The notes beneath the pieces are model-generated. The model had not been told where the DNA came from. It saw only the letters and a program-made list of their open reading frames with translations, and ran no database searches. Shown here one piece after another: positions 49,372 to 64,000 of a DNA stretch of 64,000 bases (position 1 is its first letter; every line of letters starts with the position of its first letter). The translations under genes were made by a program, and so were the position numbers. The DNA lies in assembly GCF_009914755.1 (NCBI RefSeq), contig NC_060925.1. One strand, given 5' to 3'. This DNA is from the human T2T-CHM13v2.0 reference genome, Homo sapiens.

Positions 49372-52006
49372 TAACTTCAAAGATTCTATCTCAAACAAAG
49401 GAAAGAAACTAAAGAAATAGTCCAAGCAATTCTGAGAAAAGCAAAACAGAAATCTATCTTATCTAGTCTTAGTGCTGGTTTTTCTTTTTTTAGGAAATCT
49501 AGTCTTAGTGTATCTGTGGAATGAATAATTTACTGAATCATAAATACATTGATCAAAATTGCTTTACAAAATTGTTTAAATGAGTCTAGGTTATTTTTCC
49601 TTTTGGCATATTTTTAAATCCAAAATGTACTGTCAAGTATATTTAAGTAATCCTTATTGCTCCCACTGAGAACTTAGGACTTCTCTAACAGCTGTGCTTA
49701 GTCTTTAATTAATATAATCTTGATTATTAACTGTTGAATTAATGAACTTAAAGTAATTCAACAACTGTTTATTGTGAACCCACTGATTCAAAATACTGTG
49801 CTGAAAACTGTAAAGAATATAGGAAAGAAAACATGAACCCTCCTCTTAAGAAGCTTAAAGTCTAGTTGCAGGCAAACATGTATAGACCTAATTACAACAC
49901 AAAGAGGAATGAATTAGATTCCATAAGGGAGGTATTAGCAAAGCGGAATGAGGGTATAAAAGAAAGATTATAGTAATGCCAACTGGGCAGGGTGGGAAAG
50001 GCTATACCGTTATTTGTGGCAGAAAGGAGGAATGAAAAGACTTTCTATAGTTAGTGTGGTCTGTAGGATTTCCTCACAGAAAGTTAAAGTTGGGGAACTT
50101 ATACAGCTTAAATACTTAGGATGCATGTCTGGGCTGTTGGAGCCCTCAGAACAGGTAGTCTCCTGATACCCATCCAAGAGGAGCTATCTTTTTGTTCATA
50201 AAATTCTGAATTGAAGAATCTATTTAATTACTACTATGTATGAGTATCTGGATTAGATGGAGCCTACCAAACAATTAAAATCAAAGTTTTGGCATGCCAA
50301 GTAGGCAAAAACAGGCAAGGAGTCCTTTGAACAGAATTCTCTTTTAATGAGACTTGCTTCTTTTTGGGTTTGCTGACAAAGTAGGATAGATATGTACTTT
50401 CATAAAAGAGAGGAATATACAGGAAAATCATTTCTTAATTTATATACATATATTTATTCATTTTTTTCTCACATTCATTCACTGACACTTTCTTTTGTGT
50501 TCAAAAACCACCTTAAAAGAAGGCAAAATGGCTAGGCAGAAGTTCCTCTAAAAAAACAAAACAAAACGAAACAAACAAAAAAAACCCTAAAATTTGCCTG
50601 AATGTCAGTAAGAATGAATGGTAAAATACCTGTTCTGTTCAGTTTGGAATATAGGTCCATAAACTACTTCTCTCATAGCCTTGAAACCCTGAGAACAAGT
50701 TGAGTCAATGTGAGGATGGAGTTTTAATCAGCTATTCTTGCTTTCTTGATTTAAATAAGACTCTTATTTTATGAGTGCCTGTGTTATTTTTCAACATCCG
50801 GTCACTTATGATATGCAGGTGCTAATGGAGCAAAGGATGTATATCATTGGATAAATATGAACACTATATTTTTCTTGCGGGACAATACATATTCTTAGGA
50901 CTGTTACTGAATTACATTTTACTAGTCCTAAAATATTTAGAGTTATGTATTTAAAAGATACAGAGCATAGGTATTAGATCCACACAAAGTATTTTAGTCA
51001 GTGAATGTTCAATGTAGCAGGTAGAGATGAACTTAGCATGTCTCGTAGACTGAACTGGGAACAGACTCTTCAGCCATAAAATGCACTTAACAGTCTATTT
51101 AATAGTGGTAAGGTCCTTGAAAATGCAATATCCATGCTAATCTTGCCTTTTTCTAAATCACAGATGAAAAATAGGTCAGTTAGGTAGAGCCTTCTCTTTC
51201 TATTTAAAGGGTGACATTTAATCTATTTAAACAACTACCAAAACTTTATTAATTCAATGTAAGAAAAGTATGCTGAGAAAGTAGAGAACTTTATTAAGAA
51301 CACAAGGTTTTCCAAAATTTGATTTGGATGTCTTAGATCTCAGGACTCAATAAAAATCTCTACGTGGGGGTTTCGATCAAATCAGTAGCAGCAAGTAAGG
51401 ACCAGAAAAGAGCAATCCAGAATGTAATTAAATCTCACACTGTGAAACAGCTTAAAGGAACTATTTTACAAAAGGTAAGAGGCAAAAATTAGAAGAGGAG
51501 CCTCCAGAGAAAGGTTTTCTGCTTCCCTGATGCCTCTGGGGAAAATTCATTTGGGAAGTGAAGTATACACAACCAGAAAGCTTCCAGCAGAGAACAAACC
51601 AAGGAGTCAAATTAGTGTTTAATGTAACTAGATACCAGCTTTGATGCATTTCATTTAAACCACAACGTTCTGTAGAATTCTTTGGAGAAGAAAATGCAGA
51701 GTATCTGATGAATTGTAATTACGTTTCACTGGGGTCTATTTTGGAGAATGTTCACACTTTTCCAGCCCCTCTCATTTCTTTGAATAGGATTTAATACTTT
51801 CTGGCCCCGCCCTTCCAATCAGCCCAAACGTTTACCTAGGGTAATGCAGTAGTTCCATCTTTCCCAAGAATAGTTATAAAGAACAAGCGCTCCAGTATTT
51901 GAAAAGTAAACACCACAATATTCCACAACAGCTTTGGATAGGGGCTTTGAAAAAAATTTTTTTTTAATTTTTAAATTTCTTCTCATAGTATACTTTCTGT
52001 TTTTAA

Positions 52007-52195
<189 letters not shown>

Positions 52196-53735
52196 TGAAG
52201 GGAGAAGATGCTTTCCTCCTCTTAGCTGTCTTCTCTGGATCCTAAAGAAATCCTGGACGAGAAAGGGCACTTAGAGGTTATTTCTTTTGCTTAACTGACT
52301 ACTGTAGATTCAATAACAGTTTAGTTCTGTTCAATTCAGCTATTATTCCAGAAAACTAACTCCATCAATTATAGAAAATAACTTTTTATAGATAGAGTTT
52401 TTACAAACCTGTCTTCACTACATATCCAGGAAGGATTATTTTCCTTTACACCATCAAAGCACCCAGGTTCTTTTCTTCATTTTATGAGAATCATTCCAGT
52501 GATATGTAGTAGCTACTATTATTGGGCACATGTGGTATCTCATTTAGATTTAAATCCATGTTTCCAGAGGCAGAGTGCTGTCTTGACAATATCTGCCGTC
52601 TCCTTTCTCATTAAAACCAAACCCCAAACCTACTATCAAACAAAACGGTGATACAAAAATCACATCCTACATATTTTGTGTCCTGCCCCTCTCCTCAGCA
52701 TTCATTTTTAGTTTGGCAATCTTTTATAACTTTGGTGAACAAAAGCAAAAACTCAAGAAAGAAGAAAAGACTTTATTTTGTGTTTTACCCTGTTTCACTG
52801 GCATAGACTTTGATCCCTTTCTATAAATAAAAATCTATTTCAAAATCAGACTTTAAATCTTGATGTATTTACTGTAAATTTTACAAGTTGGAACCTCCTA
52901 CTATCTTGATTTATATGATTTTAAAATGGAGTTCTTACCATTTCCCTTGGGAAGAATTTTTGGTTTGAATAGTTCTTACTGGCAGGTTGCTTCCTTTATG
53001 TTTAGCCCAAATTTTCATTTTCAAAGACCATTTTAGATAAGCACCATGATAGCTCTAAGCCAATGGATCTGTGTGCCACATAATAGAGTGTGACAATCCA
53101 CTCAGTTGTGAAAGACACTGAAGATAAAGCAATAAAGCAGCATTTGTGTTATCACATTGGCTTTACAAATCTACTTAAGCACTGACCCAACAGTGTTATT
53201 CATTATTGGGAATTATGGATGTTTATAATTGTCCAAAAATACATTGGGCTAAGTTATACCATATATTATAGATTTAAATTTAAATTCAAGATCCCGGGCT
53301 GAGAGAGATGCAGATTTGTAACACTCCTTGGAGGTTTGGGGGTCCGTGAACCAATGAATACATTATATTGTCACATTAAAGAACTCTTTTTATCCATAAA
53401 GATGTAACTTTTTTTTATGATCCATATAAACAAAATTATTCTTATATGTATGATTATATACATATATATGGTTGAAACATCTGTATGTATGTATATATAT
53501 GAGAATAATTCCAGCTGGCATCTGAAATTGACAGTAAAAATAACAATGATTATATTCTTCTGAACTGTGTATAAATTACTGGTGTAAGCTCCTTAAGGGC
53601 AGGCTATTTAGTCAATAAATATTTGTTGAATGAATGAGTATGTTCACAAGTAATTATAAATTTAACTTGATTTGCATCACTTAAACAATAGAAATCAAAA
53701 TTACTCTATTCACAGTAGAAAACAATTCATTTTTA

Positions 53736-54144
<409 letters not shown>

Positions 54145-54600
54145 TTAGCTCTTTCCACAGAAAGGACTAAAACCAAAAAGCAACCCAATAGCAATGAGCA
54201 TCCTCAGCACATAGAATGTGGTCTTGAAATACCATTTCCTGCTAAAAGGAACCAGGGTTCTTGAAGAAATAGCTAATTACAGGTTTGGAAAATAAACATA
54301 CAAAAATAAACGTGGAGCATCTTGTTATACCAGATAGCAAGGAAACTATGATCCAAGTAAAGACTGCTATGTCATGTCAGAAGGACTCAGGAGCCAACTT
54401 AAAGAGACTCCCACTAGCCATGGGACACACTGAGCACCAGTAAGCACAGTAACGACACTGGATCGAAACACATCGAACGTGAATTGTCTGTCACATTCTC
54501 CATGAGTTCATGATACTTTTTAAAAAAATTGTCACCAATGGGGAAGCTAATAAACCAGCTCATTATTTTGAAACCTCTTCCCCTCCCCTTCCCTCTCCCT

Positions 54601-54606
<6 letters not shown>

Positions 54607-54652
<46 letters not shown>
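54607..54652. repeat. (CA)n microsatellite
   Basis: Direct observation. Confidence 0.95.
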
Positions 54653-54655
<3 letters not shown>

Positions 54656-54773
54656 TCACCCTTGTTTCAAACCACAGAACAGACTTATAGATGAAAGGAA
54701 TCTCTTTTGGAGCTTCGGAAACCAACCTTATATTTGGAGGAACCAAATTGGAATCAACTTAAAACTGAATTGG

Positions 54774-57155
54774 TTTTTTTCTTGAGACGAAGTCTCGCTC
54801 TGTCTCTGAGGCTGGAGTGCAGTGGTGGGGTGATCTTGGCTCGCTGACATCTCTGCTTCCCAGGTTCAAGCGATTCTCATACCTCAGCCTCCCAAGTAGC
54901 TGGGATTATAGGTGCACGCCACCACACCCGGCTATTTTTTTTTATTTTTAATAGAGATGGGGTTTCACCATGTTGGCCAGGCTGATCTCTAACTCCTGGC
55001 CTCAAGTGATCCGCCTACCTCGGCCTCCCAAAGGGCTGAGATTCCAGGCGTCAGCTACTGTGCCCGGCCTACTTTTAATTTCCTTTCTTCCTCTCTCCCT
55101 CCTTCATTCCCTCCCTCCCTTCTTTCTTTTTTCCTTTCTTCCTTCCAGTAATTCTATAAAATAAACCCTGAATGTATATCAATATTTAACTTCTAGGCTG
55201 GGCGCGGTGGCTCAAGCCTGTAATCCCAGCACTTTAGGAGGCCAAGGCGGGCAGATGGCTTGAGGTCAGGAGTTTGAGACCAGCCTGGCCAACGTGGTGA
55301 AACCCCATTTTCTACTGAAAATACAAAAAAATTAGCCGGGGGTAGTGGTGTGTGCCTGTAGTCCCAGCTACTCGGGAGGCTGAGGCGGGAGAATCGCTTT
55401 GAACCTGGGAGGCAGAGGCTGCAGTGAGCTGAGATATTCCACTGCACTCCAGCCTGGGTGACAGAGCAAGATTCTGTCTCAAAAAAAAGAAAAAAAGAAA
55501 AACAAAGAAATATTTAACCTTATCTTTCATGTTTAACTCATTTTTCCCATGCCAAGAATCATGGTCTCTAAACACCAGCCATGATGGAATTTGAATAGCA
55601 TATATATCTTCATTTTCTTTATCCCACTTTACACATATAGTAGTCTCAGAATAACAATTCCAACCCTAATACCCACAATACGATTACTAACAATTATTTA
55701 ATTATTTTAACAGATTTTTTTTTCCCTTAAGGTATATCAAACTAGGAATTAACCATCAAATTACTGTGTTTTTTCCTTTTCGTTTCTTTGAGACAGGATC
55801 TTACTGTGTCGTCTAGGCTGGAGTGCAGTTGCACAATCATGGCTCACCTCATCCTCAACCTCCTGGGCTTCATGTGATCCTCCCACCTCAGCCTCCCAAG
55901 TAGCTGGGACCACAGGTGTGTGCCACCACACCCAGATAATTTTTTAAATTTTTTTGTAGAGATGGGATCTCCCTATGTTGTCCAGGCTGGTCTTGAACTG
56001 CTGGGCTCAAGTGATCCTCGTGCCTGTGCCTCCCAAAGTGCTGGGATAGCAGGCATGAGCCACTGCACCTAGGCCCTACTGTGTTTTTTCTGTTTATTCT
56101 TCTTCTTTTTTTTTAATGGAGTCTCGTTATGTTGCCCAGGCTGGCCTCAAACTCCTGGGCTGAAGTGATCCTTCTGCCTCACAGCCTCCCAAGTAACTGG
56201 GATTACAGCTGGGCCATTATGCTGGCTAAATTATATGTTTTAAAGTCACTTGGAACAGTCTCTTTGTGTAGCAGAGCCATCAGCTGGATATATAGTTAAG
56301 TTATTTTATTTCACTTTATTTTTGAATTTTAGGAATTTATTTTTTCCATTTTAATTTTGCTTTATCATTAATTTAATCAGCAAATTTCATATTCTGACTT
56401 CCTTTAAATAGCCCTAAAAATGAATAAAAGTTAGCTAAGATCTATGTTCAGATACTTATCTGCTGTATCTCTTAGGGAAATTGTGCAGTGTCTCACACCA
56501 GCATTTCCAAAAGTGTGTTTCATGGACCATTCTTCAGGGCGAGAAGTGGGAGGTGGGGTGGGTGTGAAGATAGGAGTCTATAGTCACATGAGTCTAAAAA
56601 TCCTATATTCTCTTGGAGAATCATGATGTACATAACATATAAAAGGCTTTGAAAGCCAGGTGCAGTGGCATGTGCTTATACTCCTAGCTTCTTGGGAGGC
56701 TGAGGCAGGAGGATTACCTTAAGCCAGGATTTTGAGGGTAGCCTGGCAACATAGTGAGACCCTGCCTTAAAAAACAGGCACCAAGAAGATCTGAAGTAAG
56801 GAAGCTTTCTTCCTTAGATTTGTGTAACCTAGTGTTTTAAAATTTATTTGTCTGGGCCGGGTGTGATGGCTCACGCCTGTAATCCCAGCACTTTGGGAGG
56901 CCAAGGCAAGCGGATCACCTGAGGTCAGGAGTTCGAGACCAGCCTGGCCAACATGGTGAAACCTCATCTCTACTAAAAATAGAAAAATTAGCTAGGTATG
57001 GTGGTGGGCGCCTGTAATCCCAGCTACTGAGGAGGCTAAGGCAAGAGTATTGCTTGAACCCAGGAGGCGGAGGTTGCAGTAAGCTGAGATTGCGCCACTA
57101 CACTGCAGCCTGGATGATAGAGTGAAACTCTGTCTCAAAAAATAAATAAATAAAA
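54774..57155. mobile_element. Alu cluster (54774-55069 -, 55196-55510 +, 55770-56075 -, monomers 56105-56228 - and 56653-56775 +, 56855-57155 +)
   Basis: Alu consensus matches. Confidence 0.88.
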
Positions 57156-57190
57156 TTTATTTGTCTGTATGAAGAGACTGTCCTCACACC

Positions 57191-58858
57191 TTTTTTTCTC
57201 TTCTTTTTTTTTTCTGTTTTAATAAAGTTAAAGAGTAAAATAAAAATTCACAAGCTGCTTCCTTGTCCATCTGCCTACCTCCATCCCCTAATTGCAGTCT
57301 TTGACACTGGTTCGTTATCCGTCACCCCATTCACACAGACACTGGATGTCCAACTGAGAAAACAGAACTGCAGTAAGTACACGGAGACATGATGTGAATT
57401 GCATCCACATTCAAGATTAAACTGAGTGACTCTGCATTTTCTGGGTTCTAGGTGGTTGCCCTTCATTAGGCAAATAGAAAAAAATTCCCTGGACCAGACG
57501 CTTCAAAGCTGAAGCCCCAAGACCACTGAAGAATGCCTTGAAGATACTATTTGCATCAAAATCACCCATATTCATGCCCTCCTTGTCCAGGTCCTGTCCA
57601 CTGTCCTAGCGAGTCTTTTTCTTGGGATCAGAGAAGATGGTAAAGGCCTCTCCAATTTCCTTGAACTTCCCCTCCTCCTTCTGAACCTCAGCACTGCCTC
57701 CACTGTGCCAATCTGGATGGTGCATCAAGGCCCATTTGTGATAAGCTTTCTTGGTCTCGTCCTCAGAGGCATTATTGTCCACTCCCAGAATCTTGTAGTA
57801 ATCTTTCTTCTTACTCTTCTTCAGTTTCAGCTGTGCATTTTTTAGGAGCTGTTTGTGTTCTTTTGTTTTCTCTGTCTGATACACTTTTTCATAATTGTGC
57901 ACTGCTTCTTCATACTGTTTGGTGTTCATGTAACACTGAGCTCTTCTCAAGCAGGCTTTTAAATAGGTGTCATTGAGCTTCACTGTATTTGTGCAGTCTT
58001 GTATTGCATTATCTAGTTTCCTAAGCTTAGAATTAACCATAACCCAATTATAGTAGAGTTTAGCTTAGTTTTTATATTGTTGGGGTTTATCCCCAGGGGT
58101 CATGTGTACAGTTCGTATGCTAGCTTGTAATTTCCTTCCTTAAATGCTTTATTTCTGTCTTCTTTCTTTGCTTTGAGTGCTTTGGGATTTCTGCAAGCAA
58201 CGCAGGCCCTCTCATGGAGCCATCCTAAGAGCCTATACAAAAACTGAAATGACTTGTCAATACAATCTTCATAATAAAGGCAAAGACCTTATACATACAG
58301 AGGATCTGCATTGGTGGACTCCATTTGTAAAATGTCACTGGCCACAGATTGTGCTTCTGGATAATGACCCAGCATTACTAAATATTCTGCTTTGAGGATT
58401 TTGAAGCAATGGCAGGCAGGGGCAAGTGCTCGGGCACAGTCCATGCAGAGAACAACCTTCCTAATATCATGCTTCTCAAAATCTGTTTTTGCTAACTTCT
58501 CATATTCCATTATTGAATTGGCATTCTTGAACTCCTGTTATTCCTGAGCATTTTTATGATCCAGTTCTAGGGCTCTCTGGAAACTAACATGTGGCCATGG
58601 CATTCTCTAGAGAGAGGGGGCACTTGCCCCCTCCTAGATGTCCCTGAACAAAACTGTCATCCAATCTCAATGACTGGTGTGCATCTCCAAGAGCTTCCTG
58701 GAACCTTCCAAGCATAATCGATGTGGCTGCTTGATTACTGTAGTAGCTAGCATTTTTAGGACATATGCCTATGGCTTTTGTATAATAATTATAAGCTTCA
58801 TTGTAGTATTTCTTGGCATAATATACATTTCCTTGTTCCTTGAAAGACTCTCCTTCCC
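57191..58858 (-). pseudogene. Processed pseudogene of DNAJC7 (TPR2; TPR repeats + J domain)
   Basis: Translated fragments match DNAJC7 ([34 protein letters not shown]...[18 protein letters not shown]). Intronless, with frameshifts and a premature TAG at 57606-57608; ancestral stop at 57466-57468, 3' UTR, ATTAAA at 57218-57223 and poly(A) remnant at 57191-57213. Confidence 0.95.
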
Positions 58859-59027
58859 ATGGTGTACAGTTAGACTTCTAGCTTCCCTAGAAGTGAAGTT
58901 CTGATGGGCAGCCACCAAGTCTAACTTGTCTGGTTTCTATTAGCACATGGCTCTGCATCTGGCATAGACAGAGCAGATGCTCAGAAAACATTTGACGAAT
59001 AAATGATATTGAGTAAAGGAAGTGTTA

Positions 59028-59387
<360 letters not shown>

Positions 59388-59999
59388 TCAGAGACACCAG
59401 AACAGCAGTCTGCAACTAGGGAGCCTAGAACCTTCCTGTTTTTTGTGTGTGACAATAGTTATTATCTCACTGAATGAGAGTTCTGTAGAACATGCTTTGG
59501 GGAAATGTCACTCTCAAGTTTTCTTATATGTCAGAAGGGGATAATAACACCTGTTCTACCATTGTCTCAGAGTTACTGTGAAGATCAAGTGAGCTGGATA
59601 TGAAAGACTTTGGCTAATGCCTATACTGAAACATGACAATGTAAGTTTAACTCTAACATTCTGCTACTCAGGTGAACTTATGCCCTACATGGGGCAAGAG
59701 TATAATGAGACTTAGAGGTTACAGAATAATGGAAAATGAGTCATTTTGACCCATAAAAGGGTCAATTAAGGAACAGGTACTGATAAGAAAATAGATTCTA
59801 TTTAAAAGAATAGTTATGATCAGGTGAATGGCTTTCAGTTAAAATCAGAGAAGATCTGAAACTTATATAGAAAAGGGCTTGTTTTCTTACTGAGTGGAAG
59901 TGATCTAGGAAAGGGACTAGAAACTATTATAAAAGTATGATTTGTGTGAGGAAGTTTGCCTAGCTGATTAAATATTGACAGTACCTTCAATAAAGTATA

Positions 60000-61020
60000 T
60001 AATAGTTTGTTAAGGTTGCTGTAACAAAATAGCACAGGCTGCGTGGCTTAAACAACAGAAATTTATTTTCTCAGAGTTCTGGAGGCTTGAAGTCAGAGAT
60101 CAAAGTGTCTGCAGGGTTGATTTCTTTTGAAGCCTCTCTCCTTGTCTTGCAGATGGCCCTATTCTCCTGTCTTCACATGGTCTTTCTTCTGTGCGCATGC
60201 ATATCTGTGTTCAAATTTCCATTCTTGCAAGGATCCAGGCATGTTGGGCTAGGGCCCATCCTAATGTCCTCACTTAATATTAATTACCTCTTTAAAATCC
60301 CTATTTCCAAATATAGTCACATTCTAAGGCACTGGGGATTAGGACTTCAACATATGAATTTTGAGGGCTACAATTCAGGCCAAAACAAGTTATATGCAAT
60401 TTGTACCATGAGATTATCTTTACTCTACATACATGAAATGGCCACCAGAGGTTGCTCCTTTTGCAAAAGACATGGCAGAAAGACAAGTAAGTAAGGGGAT
60501 TTGAACTCTGATTTTTTGGCTGGTGAGAAATAAAATTGTTAGTTGGGCTCTTGCCCATTTCTAGTTTCATCCCAACTTTTCTGTAGTGGATTACAGATGG
60601 CCGGAAATTCTTTCCTACCTTCCCACTGAGAGGCAGAATCTATTTCCACTCTCCTTGTATCATGGCTAGGTTGCTGTGTGACTTGTAAGGCTGGGGTGTA
60701 AGAGATCTGCAACTTTTGCCTTTGCCGCTTGGAATGCTCTCTCTGGGAAGTGAGCTGCCGTGTAAAAAGTTTGCGAAACTTTCTGAAGAGAGAAGCCCTG
60801 TGGAGAGAGGGCTGAAGCTGTTCACGGATGTTTCAGCCTGAGCTGATCTCCCAGCTGAATGCAGCCTCATGAGTGACCTCAGACAATCCCAGTGGAACAG
60901 ATGAACCACCTACCTGAACCCTGCCTAGATTCTTGATCCATAGAAACATGAGCAAATAAAATCATTGCTATATAAGCCGCTAAATTTTGGAGTAATTTGT
61001 TACACAGCAGTAGATAATTG
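60000..61020. mobile_element. Two MaLR LTRs (MLT1A-like ~60000-60385 -, MLT1G/H-like ~60582-61020 +)
   Basis: GGCTTAAACAACAGAAATTTATTTTCTCAGAGTTCTGGAGGC...; TGTAGTGGATTACAGATGGCC...AAGCCGCTAAATTTTGGAGTAATTTGTTACACAGCAGTAGATAA. Confidence 0.75.
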
Positions 61021-61062
61021 AAGCCATCACCTATTAGTCAAACTGACTTTAGAGATTAATAG

Positions 61063-62167
<1,105 letters not shown>

Positions 62168-62776
62168 TGAAAAAGTGAGCACATGTTAAAGACAAATGAT
62201 AATAGCTATTATTTATTGATTGCATACTATATGCCAGGCAGTATATTCAAGTTTTATATGCATGATTTCATTTTACTCTCATTAAAATTCAAAGAAGATG
62301 ACATTATTATTAATTCTTTTTTTTTTGTAGGTGAAGTAATTATGCCAGAGACATTAGGAGACTTTACCAAGTTCACACAGCTAGAAAGTAGAAGAACTAA
62401 GATTTAAATCCAAACCTGTTTGTTTTCAGAGTCAGAGACTAGTTCTTAATCACCTTTCTACACTGCCTCTAAACTTGATCTGCTTTACAATTTTGCTATG
62501 GCTTATCCTTTTTGCTTATAGTAAATGCTATCATTCAAAATGCATTTTCTGAACATCTGTTATGTAAAGGCACTGGATATTCACATGTGAAAGATGATAC
62601 CTATTGAAGGTAAAGAGCAGGAGAAGGTATATAGATGGCAGTGGTGAGACAATTCAGCTATGAGTTAGTGACTGTGATGTCTCTTCCGCTATTTATTCAT
62701 GAACATTTTGAGCATTAACTTTTTGTTAAATACTGGGTCAGAAGCTGTTGGGTTGAGAAACAGGAAGGAGAGATTG

Positions 62777-62946
62777 ATACCAACTTCCATCACTTTAAGA
62801 TGTATACTTTTTACATATTAATATTTCTGAAATTATATGTTTTACAGTAATTACTAGCTTAAATGGTAGCATTGTTTTCTTCCTCAGTGGTACATAAAAT
62901 AATGGTGCTTTTTACAAGTGGTGGAACTTTAGATTCAATAAAGTAT
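62777..62946 (-). mobile_element. MER104-like TcMar DNA element
   Basis: GTGGTACATAAAATAATGGTGC...TTAGATTCAATAAAGTATG. Confidence 0.55.
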
Positions 62947-63404
62947 GATTTTTGGTCTGCCAAACATGGTTCTTGTTCACCAGATGCTTAATATTTATGA
63001 TCCTGCAATGTAATGGATTTCTCCCTACATTTGTAACCATGTAACATCCTTCACCAATGTGCCTTTCTCCTTTTGGCCTGAGATAATGCATTTATTCAAG
63101 TATGGTTGTTTATTTTCTCTCTATACTGTCTCCATCATTATTCAGCAAATGAAACACTTTCATCTCTCTATCTTCACCCCAATTTCTTTCCTGGGCTCTG
63201 ATTCATAACTGACACCTGAGTATTACAACTTTCTTGTCTTTATGTTACCGTGAACTCAATACAATGAACCATCTTTCCCTCCAAGCCAGATTATTCTCCA
63301 GGCTTCCCAAGATCTATCAGTTCTTGGGAACTGTAATGCACACTTGAAACCTTGGGAGCCATCCTTGATTCTTCCCTCTCCTTTGTTTCACTTGTACATA
63401 TCTA

Positions 63405-63811
<407 letters not shown>

Positions 63812-64000
63812 CTAATCATGCGTGGACTGCTATAGTCTCCCTCTGATTCATCTGATCCATTTTCACCACTTTAAGTTTTCTCTAACACTGTAACTGTACT
63901 GTATACTTGACTCCCTGCTAAAAGTCATTTAATAGCCCCTTACTGATCACTGGATACATTCCAGACACCATAGCCTGGTATTCAAGGCTCTCTACAATTA

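Noticed and set aside
60440-60458. CTCF-like TGGCCACCAGAGGTTGCTC
   Set aside because: Mismatches at the critical GGC core positions

Overview
Human (primate) genomic DNA containing the intronless FOXD3 forkhead gene (CDS 20724-22160, +, 478 aa), which I recognise as the 1p31.3 locus. FOXD3 sits in a ~14-kb CpG-island cluster inside a ~18-kb Alu-free block. That block also carries the divergent/antisense lncRNA FOXD3-AS1, the 5' end of LINC00466 (- strand) and the MIR6068 hairpin. The flanks are Alu-dense and layered with MIR, L2, L1, MaLR and DNA-transposon relics, plus three retrocopies: DNAJC7 (~57190-58858, -), U7 snRNA (31425-31483) and a Y3 RNA split by two Alu insertions (35302-36030). 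The best leads are a forkhead-site cluster 3' of FOXD3 (possible autoregulatory enhancer), a candidate spliced + strand transcript upstream of FOXD3, a GC-AG intron in FOXD3-AS1, a 5' UTR uORF, and WDR5-binding-like and SUMO motifs in the protein. lncRNA/miRNA names and repeat subfamily calls come from memory rather than database searches, and repeat boundaries are approximate. I found no clearly new protein-coding system.
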